Part shown: piece by piece, positions 9,970 through 19,903 of the stretch
How positions within the stretch are numbered: the stretch's first letter is position 1
Layout of the letters: every line of letters begins with the position of its first letter
Virus record (IMG/VR): IMGVR_UViG_3300008262_003578
Length of the DNA stretch: 64,000 nt
Source of the DNA: a virus
Direction: 5' to 3' (one strand)
Made by a program: the position numbers and the translations under genes
The notes under the pieces: model-generated
The model's input: only the letters and a program-made list of their open reading frames with translations
Told to the model about the DNA's origin: nothing
The model's database searches: none

Positions 9970-10886
9970 TCACAGTTCCATTATTTTGTCAAAATTATTT
10001 ATAAAATTTTCATTTGACCATTTTAGTTTATGTTCTAGTAAAGGAGAACAACCACCACTGATTATATCAGTAATTTTATTTTTCTCAATAGAAATTTCAT
10101 CACAAAATATATATGTCTCATCATATTACAATTAGTGACCGCAATTGGTACATCAACTGATAATGCGTAATCAATAACAGATGAGATACCTTTAGATGGT
10201 TTTTTATCATAATAGAAACAATTCACACTACTTTCATTTAACCACTCCAATAACTCATAATTACTCATGTAATGGTCTGTAATAATAAATTCATTTTTAT
10301 TATTTAACATATTCTCACATAATTTTAAAGTTTCGGTTTTCAAATGGTTATTTATGTCAACATTTGCATTTGGAATATGGAATCTAATTAAAGAATCGGT
10401 ATATTCTTCATTAATTTTATTAATTAAATTGTGAAATCCTTTATCCGGAAACCCAAACCCAAATGAAGAAATAATTGGTCTTTCGTTATTTTGTTTATTT
10501 TTACTTGGTTTAAAATCAAATAAACACCGGTTAATATTATGTTCAGTAACATTATCAACAATTTTTGTTGGGTCATTGTATAGTATTCCTTTTATACTAG
10601 AAAACTTTAAATCACCATCGTGATAAATAAAATAACAATTATATTGTGACGATAATTGATTAACTATCTCATCTGTTATCCATCCCATAACCCATATAAT
10701 GTAATTAAAAACAATAATATCTATTTTATTATTATTTAAAAAATTATTTAAAGTTGTAACGTCATTAGTTTCTAAGTAATAGTAATTGTTGTTTTTACTT
10801 TTTTTAAGACTTTCATATATGTTTAACCCATATTGATGAACACCACAATTAGTTGTTTGTCTATTAACAATTAAAATATCTTTCAT
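9970..10886 (-). CDS. Putative GT-B-like glycosyltransferase with an apparent frameshift near 10107-10114
   Basis: ORF 10062-10886 continues in another frame to a stop at 9970 (CDEISIEK...KWSNENFINNFDKIMEL); paralog of the adjacent gene at 10883-11815. Confidence 0.55.
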
Positions 10887-11815
10887 AACGATTCTATCAT
10901 TCTTTTATAATCATTTGTCATTCTTTCAGGTGACCACAAGTCGTACAACTCTTTTACTTTTGTATTGTTTTTTAAAAACGACTTTAAATTATTTTTTTGT
11001 TCAAAAAAACCTATGTGATTATGAAAATGTCGGTACATATAGGTATTATTAACCACTAAACTAGATTGCGAACTTACCGCCAAATCAGCACTTCCACCAA
11101 CCCCGATAAACGGGTGAGGGGGATTATAAAAGTACATATTTAAATCATTTTTAGATAAGAAATTAATAACCTCATCCTCAGATTCAAAATAAGTGTTAGT
11201 AATATTTAAATTAACGTTTTTCTTATTAATAATATTTTTCCATAAATTAAATTTATATGTATCATCACCACCACCAAAAGTAGCTTGAGTTATATTCATA
11301 TTAATATTTACCTCATCAAATTCGTCGTGTATTAGTTCAATCATCCTGTCAAACATTTTCCAAGGGGAAACACTAAAACCATGAGAACCTATATTTAAAA
11401 TATTGTTTTCATTTTTTTGTTTTGTAAACCTTCTTATTGGTCTAATAGTCGTAAATTTATTATCACTTATAGTTTGATTAGTATCGTCATGAATCACCCA
11501 ACAATCAAAAGTTGTGTTGTAAAAACTAACCATTTCAGGAGTTAGTGGGTCATGGATTATACCGATATGTTTAGCATTGGGATACTCATTAAAAAGACCT
11601 TTATGTATATATGGTAATGTACTTAGGTAATAATTATACAATACATAATTAGGTTTTTCATTTTCCATAATTGACCTATATTCCGATTCCCCATTTACAG
11701 GGGTTTCAAAATACTTAACAGGTAAAATGTTTTTATCTAAAAGGTCATAAATCCTCTTACCAATTTCATATACACCACACTGTGATTTTGAATGATTGAT
11801 ATATAATATACTCAT
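10883..11815 (-). CDS. Putative GT-B-like glycosyltransferase
   Basis: CGVYEIG N-terminus, GGSADLAVS, C-terminal WSPE helix; located in the sugar cluster. Confidence 0.5.
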   Translation of the reverse strand: MSILYINHSKSQCGVYEIGKRIYDLLDKNILPVKYFETPVNGESEYRSIMENEKPNYVLYNYYLSTLPYIHKGLFNEYPNAKHIGIIHDPLTPEMVSFYNTTFDCWVIHDDTNQTISDNKFTTIRPIRRFTKQKNENNILNIGSHGFSVSPWKMFDRMIELIHDEFDEVNINMNITQATFGGGDDTYKFNLWKNIINKKNVNLNITNTYFESEDEVINFLSKNDLNMYFYNPPHPFIGVGGSADLAVSSQSSLVVNNTYMYRHFHNHIGFFEQKNNLKSFLKNNTKVKELYDLWSPERMTNDYKRMIESL

Positions 11816-11817
11816 TT

Positions 11818-12759
11818 TTATTTTTTTAATTCTTTTTTTATCATGTCAATTATTAACTCATCAACATTATATTTTGGTTCCCACCCAATTGATTTAAGTT
11901 TAAAATTATTACCAATTATATTATAATCAATAGATAAATTTTTTGATTCTTCATAATCAATATAGTCATAAAAATTTAAATTATGTAGGGTAAAAAATTT
12001 TTTAGCAAACTCAAACATATTAGTTGATACACCACTACTAAAAACAAAATCGTCATTGATTTTATTGTCAATAATTAATTTAACTCCACTCATAAAATCT
12101 TTAGCATGGCTAATATCTCTATTAAAATTTAAACCGTATAATTTTATTTTTTTGTTTTCTCCCTTAATTATTTGACCAACTAATGATGATATTTTTTTAC
12201 TAACAAATTTATCACTTCTATAATAGGATTCATGATTAAAAAATATACCTGAAGAACATTTAATACCGTATTTAATTCTATATTCGGACATTAAATTATG
12301 GACCGCTAATTTTGAAATCCCATAAGGGTACATTGGAGATGTTTTACTTTCTTCGGTAATTATTTTTTCATTTGACCTTCCATACATTAATGATGAAGAT
12401 GCCTGAAAGAAAAAAATATCTTTATTTTGTTTAACAATTGAATTTAATATATTTGAGGGAATAATGTAATTATGTTCAAATGTTCTGTAAGTGTCTTCCC
12501 ATGGATTTATAACATCAGTTTCTCCTGCAAAATTAACAACCACATCTGGTTTAATTGTTTTTATTAATTGATTTACATAATTAAAATCTGACAATTCTGA
12601 TAAACATAAATTAATATTGAATTTTTTATTATGTTCTTTTAACCTCTCAATCGGGGTCATCATTCTACAAACCCCGTGCAATTCATAATCTTCTTGAATT
12701 ATTTCGGTTAACAATATACCATCCTGACCTAAAGGGCCTGTTATTAGTATTTTAATCAT
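11818..12759 (-). CDS. GMD-like NDP-sugar SDR lacking the dehydratase Glu
   Basis: ITGPLGQDG, QASSSLMYG, YGISK, FFNHES, RDISHA. Confidence 0.8.
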   Translation of the reverse strand: MIKILITGPLGQDGILLTEIIQEDYELHGVCRMMTPIERLKEHNKKFNINLCLSELSDFNYVNQLIKTIKPDVVVNFAGETDVINPWEDTYRTFEHNYIIPSNILNSIVKQNKDIFFFQASSSLMYGRSNEKIITEESKTSPMYPYGISKLAVHNLMSEYRIKYGIKCSSGIFFNHESYYRSDKFVSKKISSLVGQIIKGENKKIKLYGLNFNRDISHAKDFMSGVKLIIDNKINDDFVFSSGVSTNMFEFAKKFFTLHNLNFYDYIDYEESKNLSIDYNIIGNNFKLKSIGWEPKYNVDELIIDMIKKELKK

Positions 12760-13529
12760 ATATTAATGAACTTTTCAATACCATTTAAATGTTTATAACC
12801 CCCATAGGTTATATAATAATAATCATTAATATATTTCTCATCCCCAATATAATGAGTTTCATCGGGTATGATTAGTTCACCCAAATGAGGTTTCCCCAAA
12901 CAGTGGGCAATTGCTAATGGGGTTGACATATTACCTATAAAAAATTTACACGAATTAATTGATTGTACAAGTTCATTAAATGAATTACAGTGAATCAATT
13001 CAACCTTATCTTTATATGGGAATGACTCATATTCATGTAGCGTGTTAATATTAGTAATAAATTTACATTTATTTTCGTTTACTAATTTTTCCCAAGGAAA
13101 AAGGACTGTATGTCTGTGTAAACTTCTGTGGATTAGAATAGAATCCTCAAGACCCTCAATTTTATCAGATTGAACCCAGGGTGTTTTAGGAGGTTCTAAA
13201 TTATAGTTATCACAAAGCATATCAATCCAGTTAGATTTGAAGAACAATTTGGACCACCTCCATTGATTTAAGTTTATATAATCCTCAACAACATCCCCTT
13301 CTCTTAGTAAGTGGAATGAATTAATATAAATTTGAGACATTATAAATGGTTCTAAATCATAATATGTACTGTGCATATCAAAATGAAACCCATCCCCACC
13401 ATATTCGGATAAGTTTGTTATATATAAAACACCTTTTTTGTTATTTTTTTCGCATATTAATTTTATAACCATTAGGTTATGTAATAAGTCACCCGTTTTT
13501 CCCCCACATATAAAATTAATTTTTTCCAT
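12756..13529 (-). CDS. GT9-like (heptosyltransferase-fold) glycosyltransferase
   Basis: GDLLHNL and FIGNMSTPLAIAHCLGKP resemble GT9 motifs. Confidence 0.6.
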   Translation of the reverse strand: MEKINFICGGKTGDLLHNLMVIKLICEKNNKKGVLYITNLSEYGGDGFHFDMHSTYYDLEPFIMSQIYINSFHLLREGDVVEDYINLNQWRWSKLFFKSNWIDMLCDNYNLEPPKTPWVQSDKIEGLEDSILIHRSLHRHTVLFPWEKLVNENKCKFITNINTLHEYESFPYKDKVELIHCNSFNELVQSINSCKFFIGNMSTPLAIAHCLGKPHLGELIIPDETHYIGDEKYINDYYYITYGGYKHLNGIEKFINI

Positions 13530-13770
13530 ACATTTTGTTACTGCCTTGTTTATATAATTTTTGAGGTTTTTGATTTATTACAATATCGTTAATCATTTCA
13601 TCAATTTCTTGTATTAAATCATTTCTTTGTTGGTTAGCAATATTAGTTATTTTGGTTGCGTTAGATATTTCAGAATCAGTAGCGTTAACATTTCGTTTAA
13701 TATCCTCAGCCATCCAAATTCTAATATTGGTCACAGTTAATTTATCTATTAAGTTTCCTATTGTTTCCAT
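13516..13770 (-). CDS. Small helical protein, DUF4254-like
   Basis: ETIGNLIDKL...IWMAED...NQQRNDLIQEID. Confidence 0.55.
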   Translation of the reverse strand: METIGNLIDKLTVTNIRIWMAEDIKRNVNATDSEISNATKITNIANQQRNDLIQEIDEMINDIVINQKPQKLYKQGSNKMYGKN

Positions 13771-13771
13771 T

Positions 13772-15280
13772 TTAATTCATATTTAAAAAACATTCTTTAA
13801 TTTTGTCGAAATTATCTAACATAAACGGTAATAAATTGTTATGGTAATCTTGTTGTAATTTTTTTAAATTATCACTATCCTCGTTCCTTGTTTGACTTTC
13901 ATAATGATATGCAACAATGTTTCCATCACAATAATTTGTCAACCCCAATGTCACACATTTTAAATTTAACTCAACATCTTCTAAACAACTAATATAGTTT
14001 TCATTAAAATACCCACATTTTTCAAAAATGTCTTTCTTAATCATCAATAACCCACCTGTATTACCCGTTTCCTTAGTTAGGGTTGTAGAATAATTATAAT
14101 AATTTGTTAAATTTTTATGACTCAATCGGATATTACCACTTTTATCAACAAAAAGTATAATTCCATCATGCTGAATGGTTTTATTTTCAAAATGAAGTCT
14201 ACCCCCAACAGTTCCGACCTTAGTTTTTTCTTTAAAAACTTTCAACATACCATAAATCGCATTGTTCAACAACTTAATGTCATTGTTACAGAATAGGATA
14301 AATTCATATTCATTTCCAATATGATGTTTTACTACTTCATTATTTATCTTAGCAAAATTATAATAATCAAATTCTATTAATTTAACATTTGTATTTTCAT
14401 ACCTTATTTTAATTAATTCCTTTTCTTCAACTGACGAACCTGTATCGGCAATAAAAATATCATATAACAATGTATTACAGTGTTCGTGAAATGAATCAAC
14501 ACAATCAAATAATAAATTTAATTTACTTTTTGTTGGGATGATGACCGCAACTTTACCAACATTTTTAATTTGTTTTTCTTTAATTTCAGGAACATATATT
14601 GATTCAGGTTTTAAATCTAACGGTAAAATTGACCTGAATTTATTAATAAATTTTTCTTTGGTTTCATAAAATTCTTGATTCGGTTTCCCAACCGATTGGT
14701 GGGTTATTTCAAATGATGAGGTAACACCTATCTTAACACCATCAACATAATTAGGTAAACAAAAACTATGGTCATAAAAATGGAAACGTCCCATGGTCTC
14801 ATCAAATTTATGTATTATCTTTGTTTTGTCAAATGCCATAAATAAACCATCAATACTTACGACAGGAACTAAGAATGGTAATTTTGGTGAGTATTTACTT
14901 AAAAACTTTTTATGACCGTCAGGATGATGATAAACTTGACCAACCATAGTTTGTTTTAATCTTTCCCAATACACACCCGACTCAGGAAAATAACAACTAC
15001 CAGCCTTACCAATTATACCGAATTCAGGGTTGTTAGAAAAATCCTCTAACAATTTTTTACCCCAATTTTTTTCAAGTTTAATATCGTTATGACAACATAC
15101 AACAATATCATACTTGGCATCTTTTATTCCTTTATTGTAAAGTTCGGATAATGAGTATTCGTTATGGTTTACGTAAGGTAAAACCTGTACCCATTGAAGT
15201 CCTGATGTTAACACAAGATGGTCATTAAACTTATCGTTGTATTCTTTATCTTTATGTGTTGAGTAAATTATTGTTATCAT
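13772..15280 (-). CDS. Two-domain GT2-family glycosyltransferase
   Basis: N-domain with CCHNDI, IDGLFM, FHFYD; C-domain with VIIPT, FCNND, TGGLLMI, EDVELNL, HYESQTR. Confidence 0.85.
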   Translation of the reverse strand: MITIIYSTHKDKEYNDKFNDHLVLTSGLQWVQVLPYVNHNEYSLSELYNKGIKDAKYDIVVCCHNDIKLEKNWGKKLLEDFSNNPEFGIIGKAGSCYFPESGVYWERLKQTMVGQVYHHPDGHKKFLSKYSPKLPFLVPVVSIDGLFMAFDKTKIIHKFDETMGRFHFYDHSFCLPNYVDGVKIGVTSSFEITHQSVGKPNQEFYETKEKFINKFRSILPLDLKPESIYVPEIKEKQIKNVGKVAVIIPTKSKLNLLFDCVDSFHEHCNTLLYDIFIADTGSSVEEKELIKIRYENTNVKLIEFDYYNFAKINNEVVKHHIGNEYEFILFCNNDIKLLNNAIYGMLKVFKEKTKVGTVGGRLHFENKTIQHDGIILFVDKSGNIRLSHKNLTNYYNYSTTLTKETGNTGGLLMIKKDIFEKCGYFNENYISCLEDVELNLKCVTLGLTNYCDGNIVAYHYESQTRNEDSDNLKKLQQDYHNNLLPFMLDNFDKIKECFLNMN

Positions 15281-15422
15281 CTTCGTTTTCTTCTAATAAT
15301 TTCTTTAACTTATCTAATTTTTCTGTCATATACCCATTCCACCACCCATCATTCATATTTGACATGGCAATTTCAGACTTCACCTTTTCAATCTCACACT
15401 CTATTTCTTTTTTACTTTTCAT
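15252..15422 (-). CDS. Small hypothetical protein (56 aa, MKSKKEIECE)
   Basis: Manual translation; ATGA overlap with the dUTPase stop; fills the operon gap. Confidence 0.5.
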   Translation of the reverse strand: MKSKKEIECEIEKVKSEIAMSNMNDGWWNGYMTEKLDKLKKLLEENEDDNNNLLNT

Positions 15423-16024
15423 ATCCCTGTACTTCCAAATCCGTTATCACCTCTTTCTTTTTCGTTTATTTTTTCTTTTTCAACCAAATTAACCCACTTT
15501 CCATTAACAACAGGGCAAAGAACTGCTTGAGCAACCTTCATACCTTTAGTTATCGTTACAGGGTGATTATTTGTGTTAAATACAATTACTTGAACTTCAC
15601 CTGTATATCCATTGTCAACAGTTCCTGGTGAGTTAAGAACCATTAGTCCTTGTTTAATCGCTAAGCCGCTTTTAGACCTAACTTGAATTTCGTACCCATC
15701 TTTAATATCAAATGAAAGACCTGTCGGAACTAAAACTCTACCAAAAGAAGGTATTTCTATTTCCTCGGTTGAATATAAATCAAATCCAGAATCACTTGAA
15801 TAATTATAGAACGGGTCAATTGCATTTTCATTTAACTTAGTATACCCTAAATCAAGTGTTGGTTCATATTCATTAAATGCCTTTTCAATTTCACTAAAAT
15901 CAACACCAAATTCGTCCATTATTGAGTCAAAATCTCCAACGTCATCATCTTTAGTTAATTTCATAATCTCATCAATTTCTTTCATTTTTTCGTTGTAGAA
16001 ATTGTAATTTTCAGGATTTGTCAT
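15419..16024 (-). CDS. dut: Trimeric dUTPase with acidic N-terminal extension
   Basis: SGFDL, RSKSGLA, PGTVDNGYTGE, VAQAV, RGDNGFGSTG. Confidence 0.93.
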   Translation of the reverse strand: MTNPENYNFYNEKMKEIDEIMKLTKDDDVGDFDSIMDEFGVDFSEIEKAFNEYEPTLDLGYTKLNENAIDPFYNYSSDSGFDLYSTEEIEIPSFGRVLVPTGLSFDIKDGYEIQVRSKSGLAIKQGLMVLNSPGTVDNGYTGEVQVIVFNTNNHPVTITKGMKVAQAVLCPVVNGKWVNLVEKEKINEKERGDNGFGSTGI

Positions 16025-16722
16025 TTTAGTTCTTTTAATTTTTTTATAGCTTCTATTAATACCTCCACATCCTTCTCACAATATTCGGCAATTTCTTTTA
16101 TCATATTCTTATTCCAATAAGAATCGTGGACATTTGCCCCAGACACCTCACCACCTTTTGGTGATTCAATCCCCAAACAAGAGCAAAGTAAATCAAGGGA
16201 CCCAATTGCGGTATAAGCCCCGTATTGCCATATTTCTTTAGTGTCAATCGCTTTAACTTCCCATGGCTTTGTATCATATGATGGAAGAATCTTGGATGGC
16301 ATAATCCCATTAATAATCATACGCTTAGCCAACATAGGAATATCAAAATTCTTTAAATTGTGACCACATAGATAAAAATCAAGTTTATGACATCTATCTA
16401 AAAGATTTCTAACTTGGATTAAAAGTTCCTTTTCATCTTCACCTGAAAATGTTTGTTTTTTAACATCACCATTATCCATAACAAATGCCATTGACACACA
16501 AACAATTTTTGCAAATTCGGGGACCAATGCCCCCCGTTTTATAAAAACATCATCAGGAACAAGTCCTACGTCTTCTGGAAATCTTTTTTGAAACCAATCA
16601 AAGTACTTACTGAATTGGTCCGCAAGTTCGGGACTAAATTTTTGACAAGATTCGTAATCAGGACAACCCCCAACAGTCTCAATGTCTAAGAATAAAATTT
16701 TAGTAATTGGAATATTAATCAT
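16021..16722 (-). CDS. Stand-alone DEDDy 3'-5' exonuclease (PolB-exo-like)
   Basis: FLDIET, GHNLKNFDIP, YCEKDV. Confidence 0.85.
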   Translation of the reverse strand: MINIPITKILFLDIETVGGCPDYESCQKFSPELADQFSKYFDWFQKRFPEDVGLVPDDVFIKRGALVPEFAKIVCVSMAFVMDNGDVKKQTFSGEDEKELLIQVRNLLDRCHKLDFYLCGHNLKNFDIPMLAKRMIINGIMPSKILPSYDTKPWEVKAIDTKEIWQYGAYTAIGSLDLLCSCLGIESPKGGEVSGANVHDSYWNKNMIKEIAEYCEKDVEVLIEAIKKLKELK

Positions 16723-16725
16723 ATC

Positions 16726-17943
16726 TTATTTTATAATTGATTCGTAAAATTCTTTTCGCAAAATGGTTACATTTTGTAAATTGTATTTGTCTTTAACAGT
16801 TTCATACAATCTTTCACCCATATCGGTAATCATATTAGGGTTCTCAACAAGTTTTTTAATAAACTTTGACCAATCACTATGATTTTTAGTTTCGTCAACT
16901 AACAAAGCATTACCATCAACAAAATTACCATTTTTAAGTGAATGTTTCAAGTCAATTGTATAAGGACCAACGTTAGATGCGATTAACGCTTTTTTGTAAA
17001 ACCCCGCCTCAATAACTTTAAGTTGAGATTTAACCCTGTTAAAAATATGGTTTTTAATTGGTGCTAAAGAAATATCAAATTTAGAGTAATTCATAGCGTA
17101 AGATGTTACAGGTTTTGTCCAAACTCTTTGGTATGGTAATATAATATCACTTTTGTATTCATCTTCTTTAAATTCAAATAAGTAATCTTTGTATTTACCG
17201 TCAATAATTTTATAGTTATTTGTAAAAATCTCTTCATACTTAACCCAAACGGTTTCGCTAGGTTTAATTGGTCTTTGTTTTTGTTCACCTGTCTGTTGAT
17301 TAACTTCAGTTACGGTCCCACGAATATCAAATCCACATAACACATATTGGATTTTATCATTAATACTTGAGTTTTTTTGAACAAATCCATCCAATAATTT
17401 TAAATCATGTAAATGAGATGACCCCCCTAACCAACCAACTCTAATTCTTTCAGATTCTAATGTTGGTTGTTTGAACTGAGGTTCATCTGGATTTATTGCA
17501 TTTGGAAAAACAACCACATTTTTATTGTATTTTCTAATTTCATCGGCAAAAATTTCTGTAGTTGTTGTTACATAATCCGCTAATTTTAGATTAGCAACAA
17601 TTTTTTCATGTATTTTGTTTTGAACAATTAATGAGTGGATTGGGTGTTCTTTTGTTGGTAACCAATAATCATCTAAATCAACAATAACTTTAATTCCTTG
17701 GGATTTTAAGTAGTTAATCAACTGTTGAGTCCCCTCATAAGATGAACCAACATTTCTATGGATATGAACAATTTGATATTTTTTCCAATAATTAGGGTCA
17801 TTTACTTTAGGTTCAAAATCAATATCCACATAAAAATCATTAGGATACATATTTTGTAACATTACATGGGGGTCAACTGAGCGAAACTTTCCGACACCAG
17901 TTTTATCGCTTGGTAAGACTAACACATTAATTTTTTCTTTCAT
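16726..17943 (-). CDS. GT-B/GT4-like glycosyltransferase
   Basis: DLDDYW, VFPNAI, VGWLGGSSH, DISLAP...KSQLKVIEAG. Confidence 0.8.
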   Translation of the reverse strand: MKEKINVLVLPSDKTGVGKFRSVDPHVMLQNMYPNDFYVDIDFEPKVNDPNYWKKYQIVHIHRNVGSSYEGTQQLINYLKSQGIKVIVDLDDYWLPTKEHPIHSLIVQNKIHEKIVANLKLADYVTTTTEIFADEIRKYNKNVVVFPNAINPDEPQFKQPTLESERIRVGWLGGSSHLHDLKLLDGFVQKNSSINDKIQYVLCGFDIRGTVTEVNQQTGEQKQRPIKPSETVWVKYEEIFTNNYKIIDGKYKDYLFEFKEDEYKSDIILPYQRVWTKPVTSYAMNYSKFDISLAPIKNHIFNRVKSQLKVIEAGFYKKALIASNVGPYTIDLKHSLKNGNFVDGNALLVDETKNHSDWSKFIKKLVENPNMITDMGERLYETVKDKYNLQNVTILRKEFYESIIK

Positions 17944-17965
17944 ATTTTTTAATTATATAAACTAA

Positions 17966-17994
17966 AATATAATAGACCATTTTCATTATATCAA
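17966..17994 (-). promoter_or_regulatory. Sigma70-like promoter TTGATA-N17-TATATT upstream of the long minus-strand operon
   Basis: Read directly from sequence; lies 23 nt upstream of the ATG at 17943. Confidence 0.5.
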
Positions 17995-18002
17995 TATAGA
18001 AA

Positions 18003-18032
18003 ACAAAAAACCCCCACGATTAATGGAGGTTT
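18003..18032 (-). terminator. Probable intrinsic terminator
   Basis: On the minus strand AAACCTCCA-loop-TGGGGGTTT followed by a T tract, just after the stop at 18065. Confidence 0.55.
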
Positions 18033-18064
18033 GACCAATGTAATAAAATACAAAGGGGTGCGTG

Positions 18065-18679
18065 TTATTCCGAAATTTTTCTAACCTTAGTAACTTTACC
18101 CTCAAACATATGTTGACCCACTCTAAATTTAAAAACATCGTTAGATTTTTTTGTGGACTCAACCATAAGACCATTTTCTTTTAGTACCTCTTCAACAGTC
18201 TCCCTTACAATACTTCTAATATCATCAGCGGAAATACCATTTGAAATGCTCTCATTAACAATCGGTCTACGTTGTTGTGTGTTTGGTAATGGTTCTCCTT
18301 TTGCGTTAACGTTCATTAATCTTGCAGCTTTTTCAGCTAACTCAGATGAAATACTACTACCACCAGTTAATGGGTTATTTGGTTGAACAATTGGATGTTC
18401 CATCATTAATTGTTTTATTTCATCAGGTAATTTTGATGACATAATTCTATCTTTAGTTACTGGTTGTTGAGGTTTACTAACAGTACTAGTTGTATGAAAT
18501 TCACTTTCATTTAAAATATCATTAGGTAAATTGTAAGTTGCTTGAGGCGCTTCGTAATTTTCTACCTGTGGTGTGGAAAAATTATTTATTCCATTATTAC
18601 CTCTACCCATAGTATCGTGTCGTTCCATAATTTTTTTAGACACCATAAGTTTTTGTATTAAATCATTTTCGTTTGTCAT
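18065..18679 (-). CDS. Hypothetical phage protein
   Basis: 204-aa ORF. Confidence 0.75.
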   Translation of the reverse strand: MTNENDLIQKLMVSKKIMERHDTMGRGNNGINNFSTPQVENYEAPQATYNLPNDILNESEFHTTSTVSKPQQPVTKDRIMSSKLPDEIKQLMMEHPIVQPNNPLTGGSSISSELAEKAARLMNVNAKGEPLPNTQQRRPIVNESISNGISADDIRSIVRETVEEVLKENGLMVESTKKSNDVFKFRVGQHMFEGKVTKVRKISE

Positions 18680-18732
18680 AATAATATGTTTTATAAAAAA
18701 TATGTGATAAAATATAACAGTAAAGTTAACTG

Positions 18733-19137
18733 TTAAGCAATGTTCTCTTCTGTATTATCAAATGTGACTAAGCTAATAACTCTCACCATTCCTTTATCAC
18801 CATTAGGATTAAATCCTGGTTTTGGTTCATTAAATGTCTCACCTGTTGGTTTAAATGATAGGATTTTATCAACTCTAAATAATCTCCACCCAGGTAATGG
18901 TTGTTCACCTTTATATCCTGTATGAGACGCTCCCGAATTATCCCAAGCCCTTAATACTGGGTTATCTGCTTTACTATACCCAAAACAAACAGGCTCAATT
19001 TCACGTAAACCTTTACCTCCTGGTTCATCACCATCATAATAAATAATAACTTTGCGTCGTTTATTAATTGCATCACTTAATGATTCTATTGATGCGACTT
19101 CTAATAATACCGACTTAAATGTATCTATTAATTTCAT
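18733..19137 (-). CDS. Stand-alone WYL-domain protein
   Basis: AI...VIIYY...REIEP...LRAW...WRLFRVDKI pattern typical of the WYL (Sm-like) fold. Confidence 0.7.
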   Translation of the reverse strand: MKLIDTFKSVLLEVASIESLSDAINKRRKVIIYYDGDEPGGKGLREIEPVCFGYSKADNPVLRAWDNSGASHTGYKGEQPLPGWRLFRVDKILSFKPTGETFNEPKPGFNPNGDKGMVRVISLVTFDNTEENIA

Positions 19138-19430
19138 TATGCACTTGGAGTTGTGTAAGGGTTTTGTATTTTATATTTATTTATTACCAATTCTGCTTTC
19201 CTTTCAATTATGTCTTGAATACCTCCCGCATTTTGGTTTCCTGTATCTAAAAACTGACCAGTTCCTTTACCTTGAGCATCTCCATCCGCTAACGCATCTG
19301 GATTAACTGCCGAGTATTGGTTTTCTGTTTTGTAATCATTTTTAGGGAACAATTTTTTTCTTTCCGATTCTGCGATTTCAGATAATGAGTTTTTAGGTTG
19401 ACTGAAATCTAATGGTTCGTTAACTGCCAT
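19137..19430 (-). CDS. Hypothetical protein, possibly virion-associated
   Basis: 97-aa ORF translationally coupled to its neighbours. Confidence 0.65.
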   Translation of the reverse strand: MAVNEPLDFSQPKNSLSEIAESERKKLFPKNDYKTENQYSAVNPDALADGDAQGKGTGQFLDTGNQNAGGIQDIIERKAELVINKYKIQNPYTTPSA

Positions 19431-19432
19431 AA

Positions 19433-19903
19433 TTATATTATTTTATTGATTAAATCGTTTATTCTTTTTAAGTTTTCGGTTATTGCCGTATCATATCTTT
19501 CTGTTGCCGATTTATGTGATTTAGTCGGTCTATTCATATTATTCACGTTATTTTTTTCGTGAGGTTGAATAAATTGATTTGGGAGTACAGTTGATTTAAC
19601 TTCCTTTGGTAAACGAGAATTTTCTCTCATTGAGTTCAGAGTATTGTCAACCCACTCTTTTACGTAATGACCTCCATTTAATATAAATGATAAATCGTTT
19701 TCATGACCATTAAAATTGTCAAACCAATTTTTCATTCTTTTTAATTGTTGATACGTAATTTCTTTTTTATCTCTTAGGTCTTTATTTCGTTTATAACCTT
19801 CAGTTGTTTCATCAGCACCATTGGCAGAATTAAAGCATTGGTCTAAATAACCAACAACGTCTTCAGGTAATGGAACTGTATGTCCGTATAAATCTTTATT
19901 CAT
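19433..19903 (-). CDS. Hypothetical protein
   Basis: 156-aa ORF. Confidence 0.7.
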   Translation of the reverse strand: MNKDLYGHTVPLPEDVVGYLDQCFNSANGADETTEGYKRNKDLRDKKEITYQQLKRMKNWFDNFNGHENDLSFILNGGHYVKEWVDNTLNSMRENSRLPKEVKSTVLPNQFIQPHEKNNVNNMNRPTKSHKSATERYDTAITENLKRINDLINKII

